Of a DNA stretch of 64,000 bases, positions 24,715 through 37,515 are shown piece by piece. How positions within the stretch are numbered: the first letter of the stretch is position 1; every line of letters starts with the position of its first letter. The notes below the pieces were generated by a model. The model was not told the origin of the DNA and made no database searches. It saw nothing but the letters and a program-made list of their open reading frames with translations. This DNA is from Bilabrum cf. latius (taxonomy: Eukaryota): assembly GCA_965178125.1 (NCBI GenBank), contig OZ237740.1:124001-188000 (forward strand), written 5' to 3'. The translations under genes were made by a program, and so were the position numbers.

Positions 24715-27700
24715 TCACGAGAGCTCGGCAGCGTTCGACTTGCCAGCGCCGAACCCCGGCGAGCTGCTGAAGGTCGATGCACTGCTCTGCCCATCCTTAG
24801 CATGGACCAACTGCATCGGATTGGCTGTCTGGATCGCGACTTGAGGCTAGGCGGACCCGGCAGGGGTGGGAGCTGGCTCGGACGACCTCACAACCAAAAC
24901 GTAGTACCCCGCAGCACCGATCCCTGCCAGTACTACCACAGCCACAAGTGCGCCGACAATTGCACCCACGGGGGAATCGGATGCGCTGTCGCCATCGCCA
25001 TCGCTATCACTACCTGCGCCAGCATTTTTCGCCCTGGGCGTCTGAGAAGTGCCCGTGCAGGCGTCCATCTGAACTCCAGTGTCGTAGTTGTCCGTCACCT
25101 GGACCGTTCCGATCTCGACCGGATCCATCAGAACGACTCTGCCAAGGACAAAGTTTGCGCCAGGAACGTCCGTAAAATCCATAGCAACCTCTCCCAGACC
25201 GCTTTGAAAGCTTGAGGCACCGGCATCGAGTCCAACAGTCGCCTCAGAGCACGAAGTGGAGGCCTGAAGCTCGCGACTCGCTGCCGCGTGTGTCTCCTCA
25301 CCGGGGGCAATTGCGATAGGGTCGCTCAGCTTGCGAGAGTCGAGCAGCTATGACGCGGTTCCAGACAGTCTGCGCCGGCTGCTCAAGCTGACTGTAGGGG
25401 TCGTAAAAGTGTTGGACCAAGGGGTGTTTGTGTTGACTGCTGTCGTGGATACTTGGATGGAGAAGTAGACCTCATAGCCAGAACTCCGGCCCGACATATC
25501 AGACAAGTACACCCACGTGTACCATCCGTTTGCGTTGCTATTAAATCGAGACAGCTGCTTTTCCTAGAGAATCTGAGTGTCAGAAACGGGAAGTGACCAA
25601 TCGTCTTGCCAGCCGTTGAGCAGGACAATGTCTGGGTTGCCGCAGGATGAGTCTCCGGTCCAGGTGAAAAACACGAAAACGACAGACTACGAGGAATCGA
25701 ACTCAAGCTTGGTGACTCGTGCATTTGAAATGCCGTCCTCGCAAGCGGGGTTGTTGCTATCGATGTCGATGTTTGACGATGATGAACTGAAGACCGTCCA
25801 AGATCTGTCCGCAGCTCGGTGTTTCACAGACACCCTGAAGTACACCTCGTCACCCTCATCGGCGATGGTAGAAGCGGGGACATCGACATAGTAGTTGCCA
25901 TTCTACAATGTCGTCAGGCCGGATGAAAAATCGCGCTCGTCTAGCACGTTGATGTCGGTGACCCCAGCAAAATCTCGCGACCTCCAAGCGTTCACTCGCA
26001 CACCGACGACTTCCCGACAAACCACGGCGGAACTTGACGAGAACGAAACACGGACATTGGTTCCCACTTCTCTAACAGACGAGATGCTCGGCCCTTTCCG
26101 CTACCCTCTCTGGCACTTGTAGGGCACGTAGCTGGTCAACCCACTCCGGTCTGACACAGCCGACCCGCTCGAGGTCTCCACTGTAACTGCGAAAGCCACG
26201 TTGTACGTGTCTGCCTGGCTCAGATCTGAAACGGGAATGTTGATGTAGTTATAGTCAGTCGACCTCTACATGACGTACTACCGATTCGAGTATAGTGTGC
26301 CAAGAGTGCCGTAGTAGACGCTAACGAATGCCTGGCTTATGCTTCCGCATGCGGTCGTAGAAGAGTGCGTGAAACGGACCTGAAGTTTCTCATACGGGCC
26401 TCCAGCGGTGTCGTCAATATACCAAATTGCTGACAGGACGCTTGGAGCTGGTGGCTTAGCGCAAGTCGGATCGTTCGCGCTGATGTCGATGCTCGATGAT
26501 GCGGCGCTCCGAGGGGACCACGAAACGCTGTTTGCCTCGTACGCCACGTATACGTAAAAGTATACCTTTTTGCCGTTGTCCTGGATGGCGGATGCGGGTA
26601 CTTCTACGTAGCTCCCAGTACTGTCGCTGCTGAGGCTGGAGGTAAGGTCTCTATCATTCAGGACTTGCGTATCAAGGATACTGCCAGTTCCTCGCCAGGC
26701 ATCCACCTTGACCTTGGCGACACCCCGGCACACGTTGTGCACGCTCTCCGCAAATCGAATACGGACGTTACTGCCCACCTCTGCCACAGACGTGATCCTG
26801 TGGTTTCCTCCATCGATATAGTACGAAGTGCAGCGGTAGGGCATGTTGTTCGTCTCTACCGAGTGATCGGATATCGCGGTGCCGTGAGCCGTTCTGACTG
26901 CGATGCTGTAGTGGACGTCTCGAGCACCAGCTCCAGTCAAGTCATCAACTGGAACGTTGACATACTTGTAGTCGCTTGCAGACTGCACCGAGTACTGCCT
27001 GTTCGTGATGACGTCGGTCCATAGACTCGTGTCTGCTGAGACGAGCACTTGCGTTATGCTACCACATGCGGTGGTAGACGAATGCCGAAATTGGATCTAG
27101 ACGTAGTCCCAGCTGCCCCCGTCAGGATCGTCAATGTACACAACATCAGTGATGGTGGGAGTGCTTGGCTTAGCACATGATTGGCTTGGCGTATCATCGT
27201 CGTCAGCTGCATCGTCAGTTGGATCCGGGGTATCGTCAGTTGGATCCGGGGTATCGTCAGTTGGATCCGGGGTATCATCCCCTAGACTTGGAGTATCGTC
27301 TATTGGGTCGTCCCCGATCGATCCGCTACTGTCCTCGATCTCACGAATGGCGGGCGCTGGATTGCCCGGCGTTCCCACCTTTGGTGCGAGCTGAATGCTC
27401 GGGAAGAGCTCGAGCGGAATGATGTTGTACAGCCTAAGGGTAACCAGCGGCCCAATGTCAACAACCGATCGGCCGGAGCTGACTGCGCCCCCGTCACTCT
27501 GAATCACCGTCAGAGGCCTGTACTCGAACCCCCAGTCTGCGTTCGCGATGGCCGTGCCCGGGTCCTCGTCCCAGCGAAGCCCACTGCACTACAATTCTTT
27601 CCAACCCCCGTTATCAGTCGCGGATTGGCAGCCAATGTTGGCCCAGCAAGTACCACTATCGAAGCAATCTGACACGCAGTAGCAACTCTCCGAGAGTTGC

Positions 27701-29705
27701 AGCGCATTGGAGTAGGTGTACCCGAGCTCAGCCATAGCGAATGCCGAAGCACCGACCGTCAATTTAGTGGGAGTCAGCCGCTGATTGCTGCCACGCGCTG
27801 CCATTGCAACATCCGAGGTGATCACGATAGGGAGAATGCCCACGCTGAAGGTGATAGACGGCAGCCTGACCGGGCTGTGCAGCGGTTCAGTCTCGCCAAC
27901 CCCGGCGTCAGCTTGCATGTCTACCACTAGGTCTGCCTTGATCTCAGCATCGCCACGAAGAAGCACCTTGAACTTGCGCAGCCCATTTCGGAATCCAGTA
28001 GGAACAAAGAGAAGTGTGTCGGTGACCTGCGAATAGCCGGCAATCACCAGACTGAGCGACGCTTCGAGGTAGGCGTACCTGCGCGACAAATTTCACGACG
28101 AGTTAAGGGACGAAAAGGGGTATTACCAATGAAAGCAGCCAGTGTGAGTATCCTATGCATATCAAGAGGGCTCGTAACGGTATGGTTAGAACGACGGTGG
28201 GCACACGATCTCACGTGTCTTCGAAGTACATGACGTCGTTCACCAATTGAATGCGATCCTCGATGGCCCGGTCCTGGTCGAAGTCGTAGTTGATCCCCCA
28301 CTGGAACAGATTCAGCTCGCAGTCGTAGTTGAATTGCGTCGTCATGGTGGATACAGCATAGCCGAGACTCTGCTCGTCGCACATGCCAGACGAAGCACGC
28401 CGAGCCCGGCTCCGTGCCTGCTGCTTGGACTCGTGAAGCGACTCGCGGATGGCGGCCGTGCTTCGCTGTCCTTTCATGAGCCCTGTCCGAAGCGATTGGC
28501 CTGGCTTCTTCTACTTGGCCGATACGTCTGGATCCATGTTGAATTCGAGGTCGAAGGCTTCCGTTGCCATGCTGGGTGGGACGTTCTCCGCGCGCAGCCG
28601 TGTTTCCCACAGCTCGGCTCCCTGCTCGTTGCGCACCTGAATCGGGTCTTCGGTGGCTACGACAAGAACTGTTTGGCCAACAGGTTTCTCGCTGTGCTGC
28701 GGTTTGCTGAGTCCCTGCTCGATGCGTTTGTCCACCTTGCCGGGGCCCTTGTGGCGGAGCACGCCATCCGCCAGCCTCTCGCTGCAGCCCCAGCCCTCCT
28801 CCAGCACGATTGGTTGGTCCACTTGTACTTCAAATGGGGCCGCTGACGTGATGATCATCTCATCCGAATCCGGGGGACACGCCAGTCCTAGAACCTCCCC
28901 CCGGTTCTCCAAGACAATCGCGTCGCTGCGCAGAACAGCATGATACTGAATCCGAGCGGTCCCAACTCCTGGAGCGTGTACCTCGTCAGCATGCAGGTAC
29001 CGTCCGCCGTGCTAACCATTAGACTCCTCTGCTGTCTCAATTGGAAGCGTGCGTCGGCCGATGCGCAGCAGGCCGGACGGCACGATCCGCTCGAACTCTC
29101 TGTGGTGGAATCGAGCCGCCTTGAGACCGTCGGGTCCATCGAATCCATGGGCCTCGATTGCAGCTTGTAGTTCACGGGCATGCCGGTCATGCTTTAAGGC
29201 ACGGCCGTTTTTCGAGTGAACACCGGAATGCACGACACGCACTGAAAGGCTGTTGTTTGCCGCCACCTTGCGGATTCCAGCCAGTGCGTTCTCCAGGTCA
29301 CACGCGCTGTCTAAACCGCACATTTGCACAACAAGATGGCAGCTCGGTGCAAGCGTACACTTTAGAGTCTGCAACATTGTTTGAAATATTGGCATTATGG
29401 CGCAAGAGTTCGGCATTAAAGTCTCTGAGGGGCGAATCAGTTAGGGTGGCAAATTCGAGACAAAACAATCGCACATGCGGCGCACAAGACTGAAACCACA
29501 TAATCCTTACAGGCAAAGTTATCTTTGTAAAAACAGAGCACAGCTACTCAGAAATACCGCACTACTGGCCCATTGGGCTCATAACCACGGCAACCGCCTC
29601 GTGGTAATGCTCGTCGTACCGAGCAGCGTTCGATGGGATCTGAGCCGCTCTAATGCACTAGGTGCTAAGCACAGCGTACACCATTGACAAAAGCATTGGT
29701 CTCAT
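24715..29705 (-). CDS. Large type-I membrane/surface protein with two ~240-aa internal repeats
   Basis: Continuous frame 24715-28078, intron 28214-28079, and a further exon upstream. At least 12 in-frame TAG (24847, 25348, 25564, 25687, 25903, 26101, 26266, 26278, 27097, 27589, 28511, 29012). C-terminal TM helix IVGALVAVVVLAGIGAAGYYVLVV. Signal-peptide-like start at 29705 and the 5' exon structure are uncertain. Confidence 0.75.
27211..27273 (-). repeat. In-frame tandem repeat 3 x 21 bp encoding a DDTPDPT linker
   Basis: ATCGTCAGTTGGATCCGGGGT x3 on the + strand. Confidence 0.95.
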
Positions 29706-29979
29706 GTTGGCTAGTGTTGACCAGTACGCGTCAATGTCTATGCGAAACTGTGCCTGACAGTGCCCTGCTTCTCCGGAGGTGGACAAACGGATCTTTGTGG
29801 CATTTCCGGATCCATGCAATCTTGCGGACTAGTCTAATGCAATTTTTGTAGATCCCGACGAACGAACAAAACTACCGTGTCGCAAGCAAGCAAGTATCCC
29901 TACACCCTCCTCCGTGCATCTCGAAACAAAACGCCGCGCGACTGGCACCACTCGTCGAACATCACATCTCTAACACTCA

Positions 29980-32900
29980 TCACATCTGACGGTCCGAGCC
30001 GTCGAGGTTGTCGAACAGAGCCTCCCGCGAAATACGCTGCTCCTCAGGGAAGTACTTGAGATTCGGCAGCACCCAGTCCAGGTTGCCCTCCTCCACGCCG
30101 AACCACCCCGCGATACCGTTCCACAGGCCCTCCCATGACAGCGTGGGGATCAATCGACCTCGTCCGATGTTGAGCTCGCTGCCGTCCCGGATATCAGTCG
30201 GGTACTGGCCGTGGATCCTGCCGCCGCGCACGCTTCCTCCCAGCATGAAGGCGTTGCCGCCCCACGCGTGGTCTGTCCCCGCCCCGTTGGACGTCAGTGT
30301 TCTGGCGAACTCGGACGCAGACAAAATCGTGGTGTTCCTCCAAACCCCCTGCAGCTTCATCTCGTCGATGAAGCTGGACAGCGCCTGGTCGATCTGCGGG
30401 AACTTCTCCTCCAGGGTATCGAAGGCGTTAGAATGCGAATCAAACCCACCGATGGTCACGTAGAACACGTCACGCTTCGAGCCAAGGTACCTCCGCGCAG
30501 ACACGATGCGAGCCGCCTGCTCCAGCTGCCTCGCAAAGCTTGTGGGGCGATCCACCTGCGTCGCCTCGAAGTCCTGCATGAGCTCCCCGTGCGAATCGAT
30601 GGACTAGGCCAGCTCCCTGGAGCGCTCCAGTGCGCCGAGCATCTGGCGGGACCATGTGTCTGCGTGCACGCCCGTGGAACCGTTCTTGACAAGAGCCTCG
30701 AGCGCATTGTGAAGGTGGGTCGTCCTCCCGTTCTCGTCAAAGGCAACGACGCCCGACCATGCGTCCACGATATCAGCCGCGCCCTCCTCCGACCCACCCA
30801 CCGCGATGCTGTTCCCGCTGATCGAGTAGGCGTTCACGCTCTCTCCCTGTCTGGCCAGCGCGTCCTTCAGTCGGCCCAGCACGCCCTTGCCGTCAAGCCC
30901 CTGCGCGTGCACGGTCTGCGTGGCCTTGGTCTGTACGTTGTGCGCGAACAGCTGGGGCGGCAGCTGCACGTTCCCGTCGTCCCAGTTCTGCCTGGTCACT
31001 GGCTCCACCATGGGCCCTACGTTGGCGATGAAGGACGCCTGGCCCTCGTCGTACAGCTCCTTGACCAGAGGAAGACGGTAGTGCACTCCAAACGTGTCGC
31101 ACGGCTGGGTCCCACTGGGCACGTCAAGCCGTAGGAGCTGATCCCGAGGCAAGGCGACGTCCCCTCTCACCTGCTGGTACTGGGCGTACATGTCGGTGCC
31201 CTGGCAGTTAGAGTGCGGCACCAGGAGGTTATAGGAGTCCAACCCGCCGGCAAAGAACAGGTACACCAGGGCGTGATAGTCCTCCTCGGGGTGCTCCGCG
31301 CCATGCCCGGTCTCGTCCACGATCGCGTCGGCAGTGATAGAGGTTGCCTCATGCACACCGGCAGCATGGAACTCGGGGGCGGCGGTCATCAGCTGGATGG
31401 CTGCACTCACGCGCTCGTTGTCCGTCCAGTCTCGCTCGGTGTCGTTGGACATGCGCACGTACGTGTCCTCAAGCACCTGCCTCGTGCTCGCGCTCATCCT
31501 GCCGCCGGTGAGCAGCAGGTTCAGCTCGTCCGTCATGGCCCTTGCCTTGCCGCTGAAGGAGGGGCTGTCGCCCTCCGGCATGGGGGCCTGCCAGGACAGA
31601 TGCCCACTCCAGTTGTCCTCGGCTGGGAGCCTGTTCAGCCTGATGCGCCAGCAGCTGATCCCACGGAAGGGCTCCTGCCCCAGTCCCCTCTCGCAGTTTG
31701 TCATGCCGTACTCCACGAGAGACAGCATACCGTTGAGCCAGGTGATGATGGTGGGTGTGTTGAGGATCTGGGCCTCTGGTGCCACCAGTCCCGACTGTGA
31801 CACCTTGCCTGATGGGCTGAAATCCGACTGGAAAAAGTTGAACACGGACGGGCTGAAGTACGGCGACTGCAGGAGGCGGCTCTCGAGCGACCTCATCTCG
31901 AGGTCCATGCCGTCCCTTGACGAGTACTCCATGGCTCGGAGCAGGTGCAGCAGCTTGATGATGGGCTCACGCGCCTTGCCGTAGGTGGGATCCATCTCGA
32001 GTGCGGGGCTGAGCGCCTCCGGGTCCAAAAGCACCGCTGCGATCGTGGCAGCCATGTCACCGTATTGCCCGCTCCCAATCCACTCGTGCTGTCCTCTCTG
32101 GAAAGCCGTGGCTACCCTCTCAACGTATCCCGGGCTTGGGTTGGACGAGGTGAACCGCTTGATCATGAAGTCGGCCACGAAGGGCGGCACGTTCTCGTGC
32201 TCCACGTACAGGTCGAGAGCGGCGTCAGTCTCGTGGTAGGCGTCCCTCGATGCTGGCTCCCAGTGGGCATTGAACTGGGGAGGGTTCCTGAAAGAGAAGG
32301 AGTTGCTGCCGCTACCGATCTGGATGGAGCTCCTGTAGTTGGCCAGGTGCTTCCACTTGTTGCGCCTGACTTGGGCCCAGAAGATCGTCTTCTCGTCGTA
32401 CATGCCGCCGGTGCTGTTCACGTGGAAGTAGACCTTAGCCCTGTCGTACTTCATTAGGTCGTTGCACGCCTTGGTAGTGCACATTGTGTACGTGCCTTCA
32501 TCGAAGGAAGCCGGGTCGGGGGCGCCGATGGTTAGAACGTCGGTGATGTCCGACATGTTCCTCGGGGTCTGCGTGATGACAGCCTCGGTCACCACCGTGG
32601 CGTTGCAAAGGAGAAGCGTCTCCTCGTTGACGTCGCCCGTGGAGGGCACAGCACCGGTATCGTCGCTAGACGGCGTCATTGGCTCGCAGGCCTCCGCGGG
32701 AAAGTGACCGTCTAGGGGCTTGGGCGCGCTGCCATCCCAAAGCACCCGGAATGGGAACTTGTCGGCGCCCTTCTTGGTTCTGACCTGCGCCCGGTCTTCC
32801 CTTTCAGTGTGCTTGAAGCGGTGGATGGCAGAGACACGGCCGTCTGGATGCACCTGCGCCTGCACGAAGCAGGTGCCGGTGCCCCACTGCTGCTGGAGGT

Positions 32901-35900
32901 TCCTGTTCCCGCAGTCCCAGCGGGGGTCCCAGTGGTCGCAGATGTACTTGCCCTCGGCCGCGCACCGCGCCTCGGCGGTTGCGTACGACACGCGCTCTCC
33001 CGCGTACCCCTTGCAGGGAACAGTGGCGCGCCATGGGTTGCCGTGCTCGCAGCAGCCGCCGCCCGCAGCAGACAGCCGCTCGTCGATGCAGAAGCCGTTC
33101 CACCGCCAGCCCGTGCTGGCGGGCTTCTACCTGCCCTCCTCCACGAAGGCAAACTCCACGCATGGCACCCGCTCGTACTCGTAGTACACGGGCGACTGGT
33201 GCTAACCGCGATCGATCTTGATCACACGCACCGTTTCCACGTCGCACTCGATGCCGTGGCACTCCAAGTTGGAATTGATCGTCACCACCGAGTCCAGCAT
33301 GCTCTTGCAGGACGCCGCTGTGCTCCCCTGTTCGCCGCAGATAGCGCCGTGAAGCTGTGACTCGCCCCGGACTGGGGTGAAGTAGTCGAAATTCTTGGTG
33401 TTGCCGTGATCCGTCTGCAGCTTGGGGGTCGGATCCTCGCCCAGGTAGTGGTACCTGGCACCTTTTCGGAGGAAATGGAGCTTGGGCAGGCTCCAGCACG
33501 CGGGGTAGGAATCCCCGATGTGGCGCCCATGCAGTGCCAGCTTAGGGAAGGAGTCGCGCCACGTGGGCTGCACCCACAGCGGGTCGATGTGGTTGTAGCT
33601 GTTGTCGCCACCGGGATTCTCGATGTTGCCTCTGGCGGGCTGCTGGTCGAACCCCGTCCAGACGCGGGACAGCTCGAGCACGTCGTCGTTTGTGTACGTG
33701 GGAATAGGTTCTCCGTTGGAGTCGAGCTTCTGGGTACCGTTCATGTGCAGCTCCCACAGTCCGATGGTGAAGAGCTACATGATCTCCCTGGCGTAGTTCT
33801 CGTCGGGGTACAGCTCCTTGCGCGGCCAGATGTACTTGGAGTAGTGCAGCGATCGAGTCTCGAGGAAAGTCAGCATGCGGGCCATGGCGGGGCTGTAGGA
33901 CACCTCCTTGACGATGTCGCGGTAGCTGCCGAAGGCGTTCCGCACGAAGATGTCGTAGTACGTCAGGAAGATCTCCATCTCGTTCTGCCTAGAGATGCCC
34001 TCCTGCGACACCACAAAGATCTGCGCAAGCGCCCAGGCCACCCTCTGCCTCAGCTGATCGGGGGCGTCCATGACTGTGTTCAGCCAAGCGGTGGACTTGG
34101 ACTGACTGCCACGCCTGCCCCTCACGTATTGGTCCTCCTCCTGGTTGTTGATGTCGTTGTTCCCTGCAATTCCCATCACGTACCGCATGCCCTCCGCGGG
34201 TTCATTCGCCACCTCGCCTGGAGACCCGCAGAACTCCTGCAGGGGTGCCTGGTTGGAGCCAGTGGAGGCCCCCGAGCCTATGGCTGTGCCCAGGGCGTCG
34301 TTGACGAGCTCCCGAGGCAGGTCTGCAAAATCAACGTTCTGGTTGCGCCTTCCAATGTATGTGTGCTTGCTCTCGTGGCCCCTCCACCGACTCATCATGT
34401 GCCAACTAGGATAGGTGAGCGAGGCGGAGCCAGACATGGCGAACTTGGCGATGGGGTTAGGGCGGTTACCGTTGAATGCCTCGTCGTTGCCCTGGTGCAG
34501 CGTGGTCCAGGCCGTGAAATCGTACACGGACAGCTCGTTGTGGTGGACGTGCTGCCAGCAGGTCACCACGCCGGTCCCCGTAGAGTTGTCCGTCACCAGG
34601 ATCTGCACACCCTTGCTGGCAGCCGTGCACTCGTCGTCCTTGGATCGGATGTCGATGACGTCAGCGTCATCGTCGGCCTCTAGAATCAGCTCGGAGAGCC
34701 AGTCGTGGGTTCCCTGATCGATCGCGGCAGAGCTGCCCTCGCTGGGCTGAGCAGCTTGAGGGCATTGGTCTCCTGCCCCCACGCGCCTCCACCTGCTGGT
34801 GGTATCGTCGCACGGCGGGTCCTCACCGTCCAGCCTCAGGCCGGTGACGTAGTGCACGTGCCTGCCAACGTGCTCGTAGAACGCCTTGATGGTGTCGTCA
34901 TCAAGCTGTACGGTCCGACTGGGATACATACGAGAGGCGCACCGCTGCAGGCCCACCTTGCACGAGTGCTCGTTCAGGAACGTCCTCGGCACCACCACGC
35001 ACTGCTCCACGCCCCGTATGACGTCACTCGACGGTTCACTGACGTCATTGTCAATCAGGCGCAGGCGTGACTCGTGCAGCAGCCACTCGGAAGGCGCCCC
35101 GTTGGATCCGCTCGAGGTTCTGAGAAAGGCGGGGCCGGTGGGAGGCGCATCGCACGAGCTACCTTGGACGGCGGGAAGATAGAAGGCGTCCACAGCAGGT
35201 GCGGCCACAGGCACAACCTCTGCATTTGTCATGACAAGCCGATTCCCCACAGCAGCCTGCAGCTCGCTCGTGGGGAAATGTACCTGCGGATTGTCCATGC
35301 GGCCCATGCAGTCCGTACCGAACTCGATCTCACCACCCACCTTCTGCTCCACGTCGCAGATGGCCCACGGTGCGTCACCAGCCATGGAATCTGCGGTCCA
35401 ATTGGCACCCATGTACGTCCGCGGCATGCCGTCCACCGTCAGGATGCCATCACTCGTCACATCGAGCTTCTAGCCCTGGTCATCGATCGACAGAGCAAAC
35501 CTCCTCCACCGTGACTCGGCCTGGCAGGGGCCACGCACCCCGCCCGAGTCGATCGGGCGAAGGTTCCTTGGGTTCGCTCGCTTGCGGTAGTACGCCCGGT
35601 GGAGCGTGGGAGGCACCTCATGCATCTGGTCATAGACCCACCCGGATGCGGTGCGGGCGAATTCCTCGGTGGGGTTCGGGGTGGGGTTGGGGCCTGGGGT
35701 AGGGAAAGCGTCCAGCTCTGCCCTAGTGGTTCCGAAGGTTGCAGCCTGCAGAAATCGGGCGGCGCGGACCTCATGGGGAACCTGGTCCGGCGAGAGCACC
35801 GCAGTGGACTGCACCCAGTAGGCAACGCCTCCACCCTCGGCCCCGTCCTGCAGCGCGCGGCGCCGGCTCTCGCTCGACGCGGTTCCGCTGGCTGCGTCCT

Positions 35901-37047
35901 CGGGGAACACAACGGAGCACAGGCCCAGCCCGCGGGGATCCACGGCCGGGGAACAGTTGAAGGACGCCATCAGGGGGGGCTGGGGCTCCCAGTCCCTTCC
36001 GTCGTAGGACCTTCCCGCGGGGACGGGCGCCTGGGGGGTTGTCCCCGAGGTGGGGTCGGAGCCCCGGGGCGTTCGGAACATGCGGATGAGCTGGCCGGGG
36101 CTGGAGCGCGCCAGCAGGATGGCCTCGCGTGACGAGTGCCCGGGCAGGGGCAGCATCTGGGGCTGCCCTCCCGGCACGGGGGCCGCGTAGGGCGCCGGAG
36201 ACGGGGACACGCTCGGAGTAGGCGAGGCGGAAGGCGTGGATGAGGGGGTGGGGGAGGGGGCTCCTGGCACCGCCTTAGCCTCCACCTTGCCCACCCCTGT
36301 CAGCGCGCTGCCGAGGGGGCTCTCCTCCCCTCCCGCGTCGCGCAGGGCGCCCAGCAAGCCACCGCTCTCGGCTGCTTCCTGCAGGGCTTGTTCGACTGTG
36401 GCCGCCACGGCTGCTTCCGGTTCCTCTGGCATGAAGCTGGGTCCAAGCCGCAGGGCAAACGTGACCTCGAGAGGTTCAGGCGCATTGGGATCGGCGGCAC
36501 CCTCCCCCGTTGTTCCCTGGTCCAGCCCGGAGTCCTCGAGGGAGGTCGGCGCCACGCCCAGTACTTGGCAGGAACCCGCCGGAAGCCCCGCCGCCTGTTC
36601 CACTCCCTCGCAGAAATGCCTGGCCGCCTCGGAATCGGGGGTGAATTCGTTTTCTTCTAGTCCTTGTAGTACGATGGAGCCGTCTACTACGACGGACTCG
36701 TTGGTGCCGCGTGGTGGGCCGGCTGAGAGGCTGCCCGAGCTGTCGTCGGTGCTCCCAGACAGCTGCCACACCACGATGCCAACAACCGCACCGATCACAA
36801 CCACGGCAATTGCAATAGCAATGTAGAGAGTACTGCCGCATCCGCGGGAGGCCACCGGCACAGGGTGCCCTCCTTTTCCTTTCGAAGACGCGTCGCCCGT
36901 GCTCGCGAACCCGGATGCTCCTACCATTTGCGGTCCGCCAGTTCCTTTCTTGGTCATGTAGCGCTCGCTCGCTACGGCTAGTTTGTTCTCATGGACGAAG
37001 CTTCCATCTTGCGCGAGTCGAGGCGCTCCCGATGTTGTGGTCTGCAT
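29980..37047 (-). CDS. DUF1800-DUF1501 fusion protein with N-terminal TM anchor (~2355 aa, no intron needed)
   Basis: DUF1800 motifs: ARFLQAATFG, DQLRQRVAWALAQIFVVS, PDENYAREIM*LFTIGL, GKAREPIIK. DUF1501 motifs: LVYLFFAGGLDSYNLLVP, GGFDSH, SEFARTL...GTDHAWGG. In-frame TAG at 35470, 33775, 33202, 33127, 30604. Ends TGA 29980. Confidence 0.88.
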
Positions 37048-37515
37048 CACTCCTCTTGTTCGAGTTGACACTGCTCTCGTGTGTAGCTGTGCGACAGGGC
37101 AAGGCAAGGCAACAAACGAGTCCAAAACTAGGCGGATATTATCTGTAATAGTAGTATAGTGCTAATTCGCGCAGAATTTTATAAATCCGGTGAAGTAGTA
37201 TGCAAGGTGCATGGAGAAAGAACGGCACAGTGGCAGAATCTTAAATGCAACGATTCTGCTGTCGTTGGATCCAAGTAACGGCGACGTGGAGCAGACCTGT
37301 GCTGCATCTTACTTAAATAAAGTCCTATAGCAGTTCAGGCCAGGCGCTCCGAAACGAGGGAGCTGCCACTGCCGTCAGTTTGTGACGCGGCGCGTGCACT
37401 GTAGCCCAGTTGGTCGCAATACGCTGAGCGAACACCAGCGAACCTTCGGTGCGACGGCAGAACGGCACCGGTTCGTTCATTTTGAGACAGTCACACGGAT
37501 AACCAAGCAAGTTTG

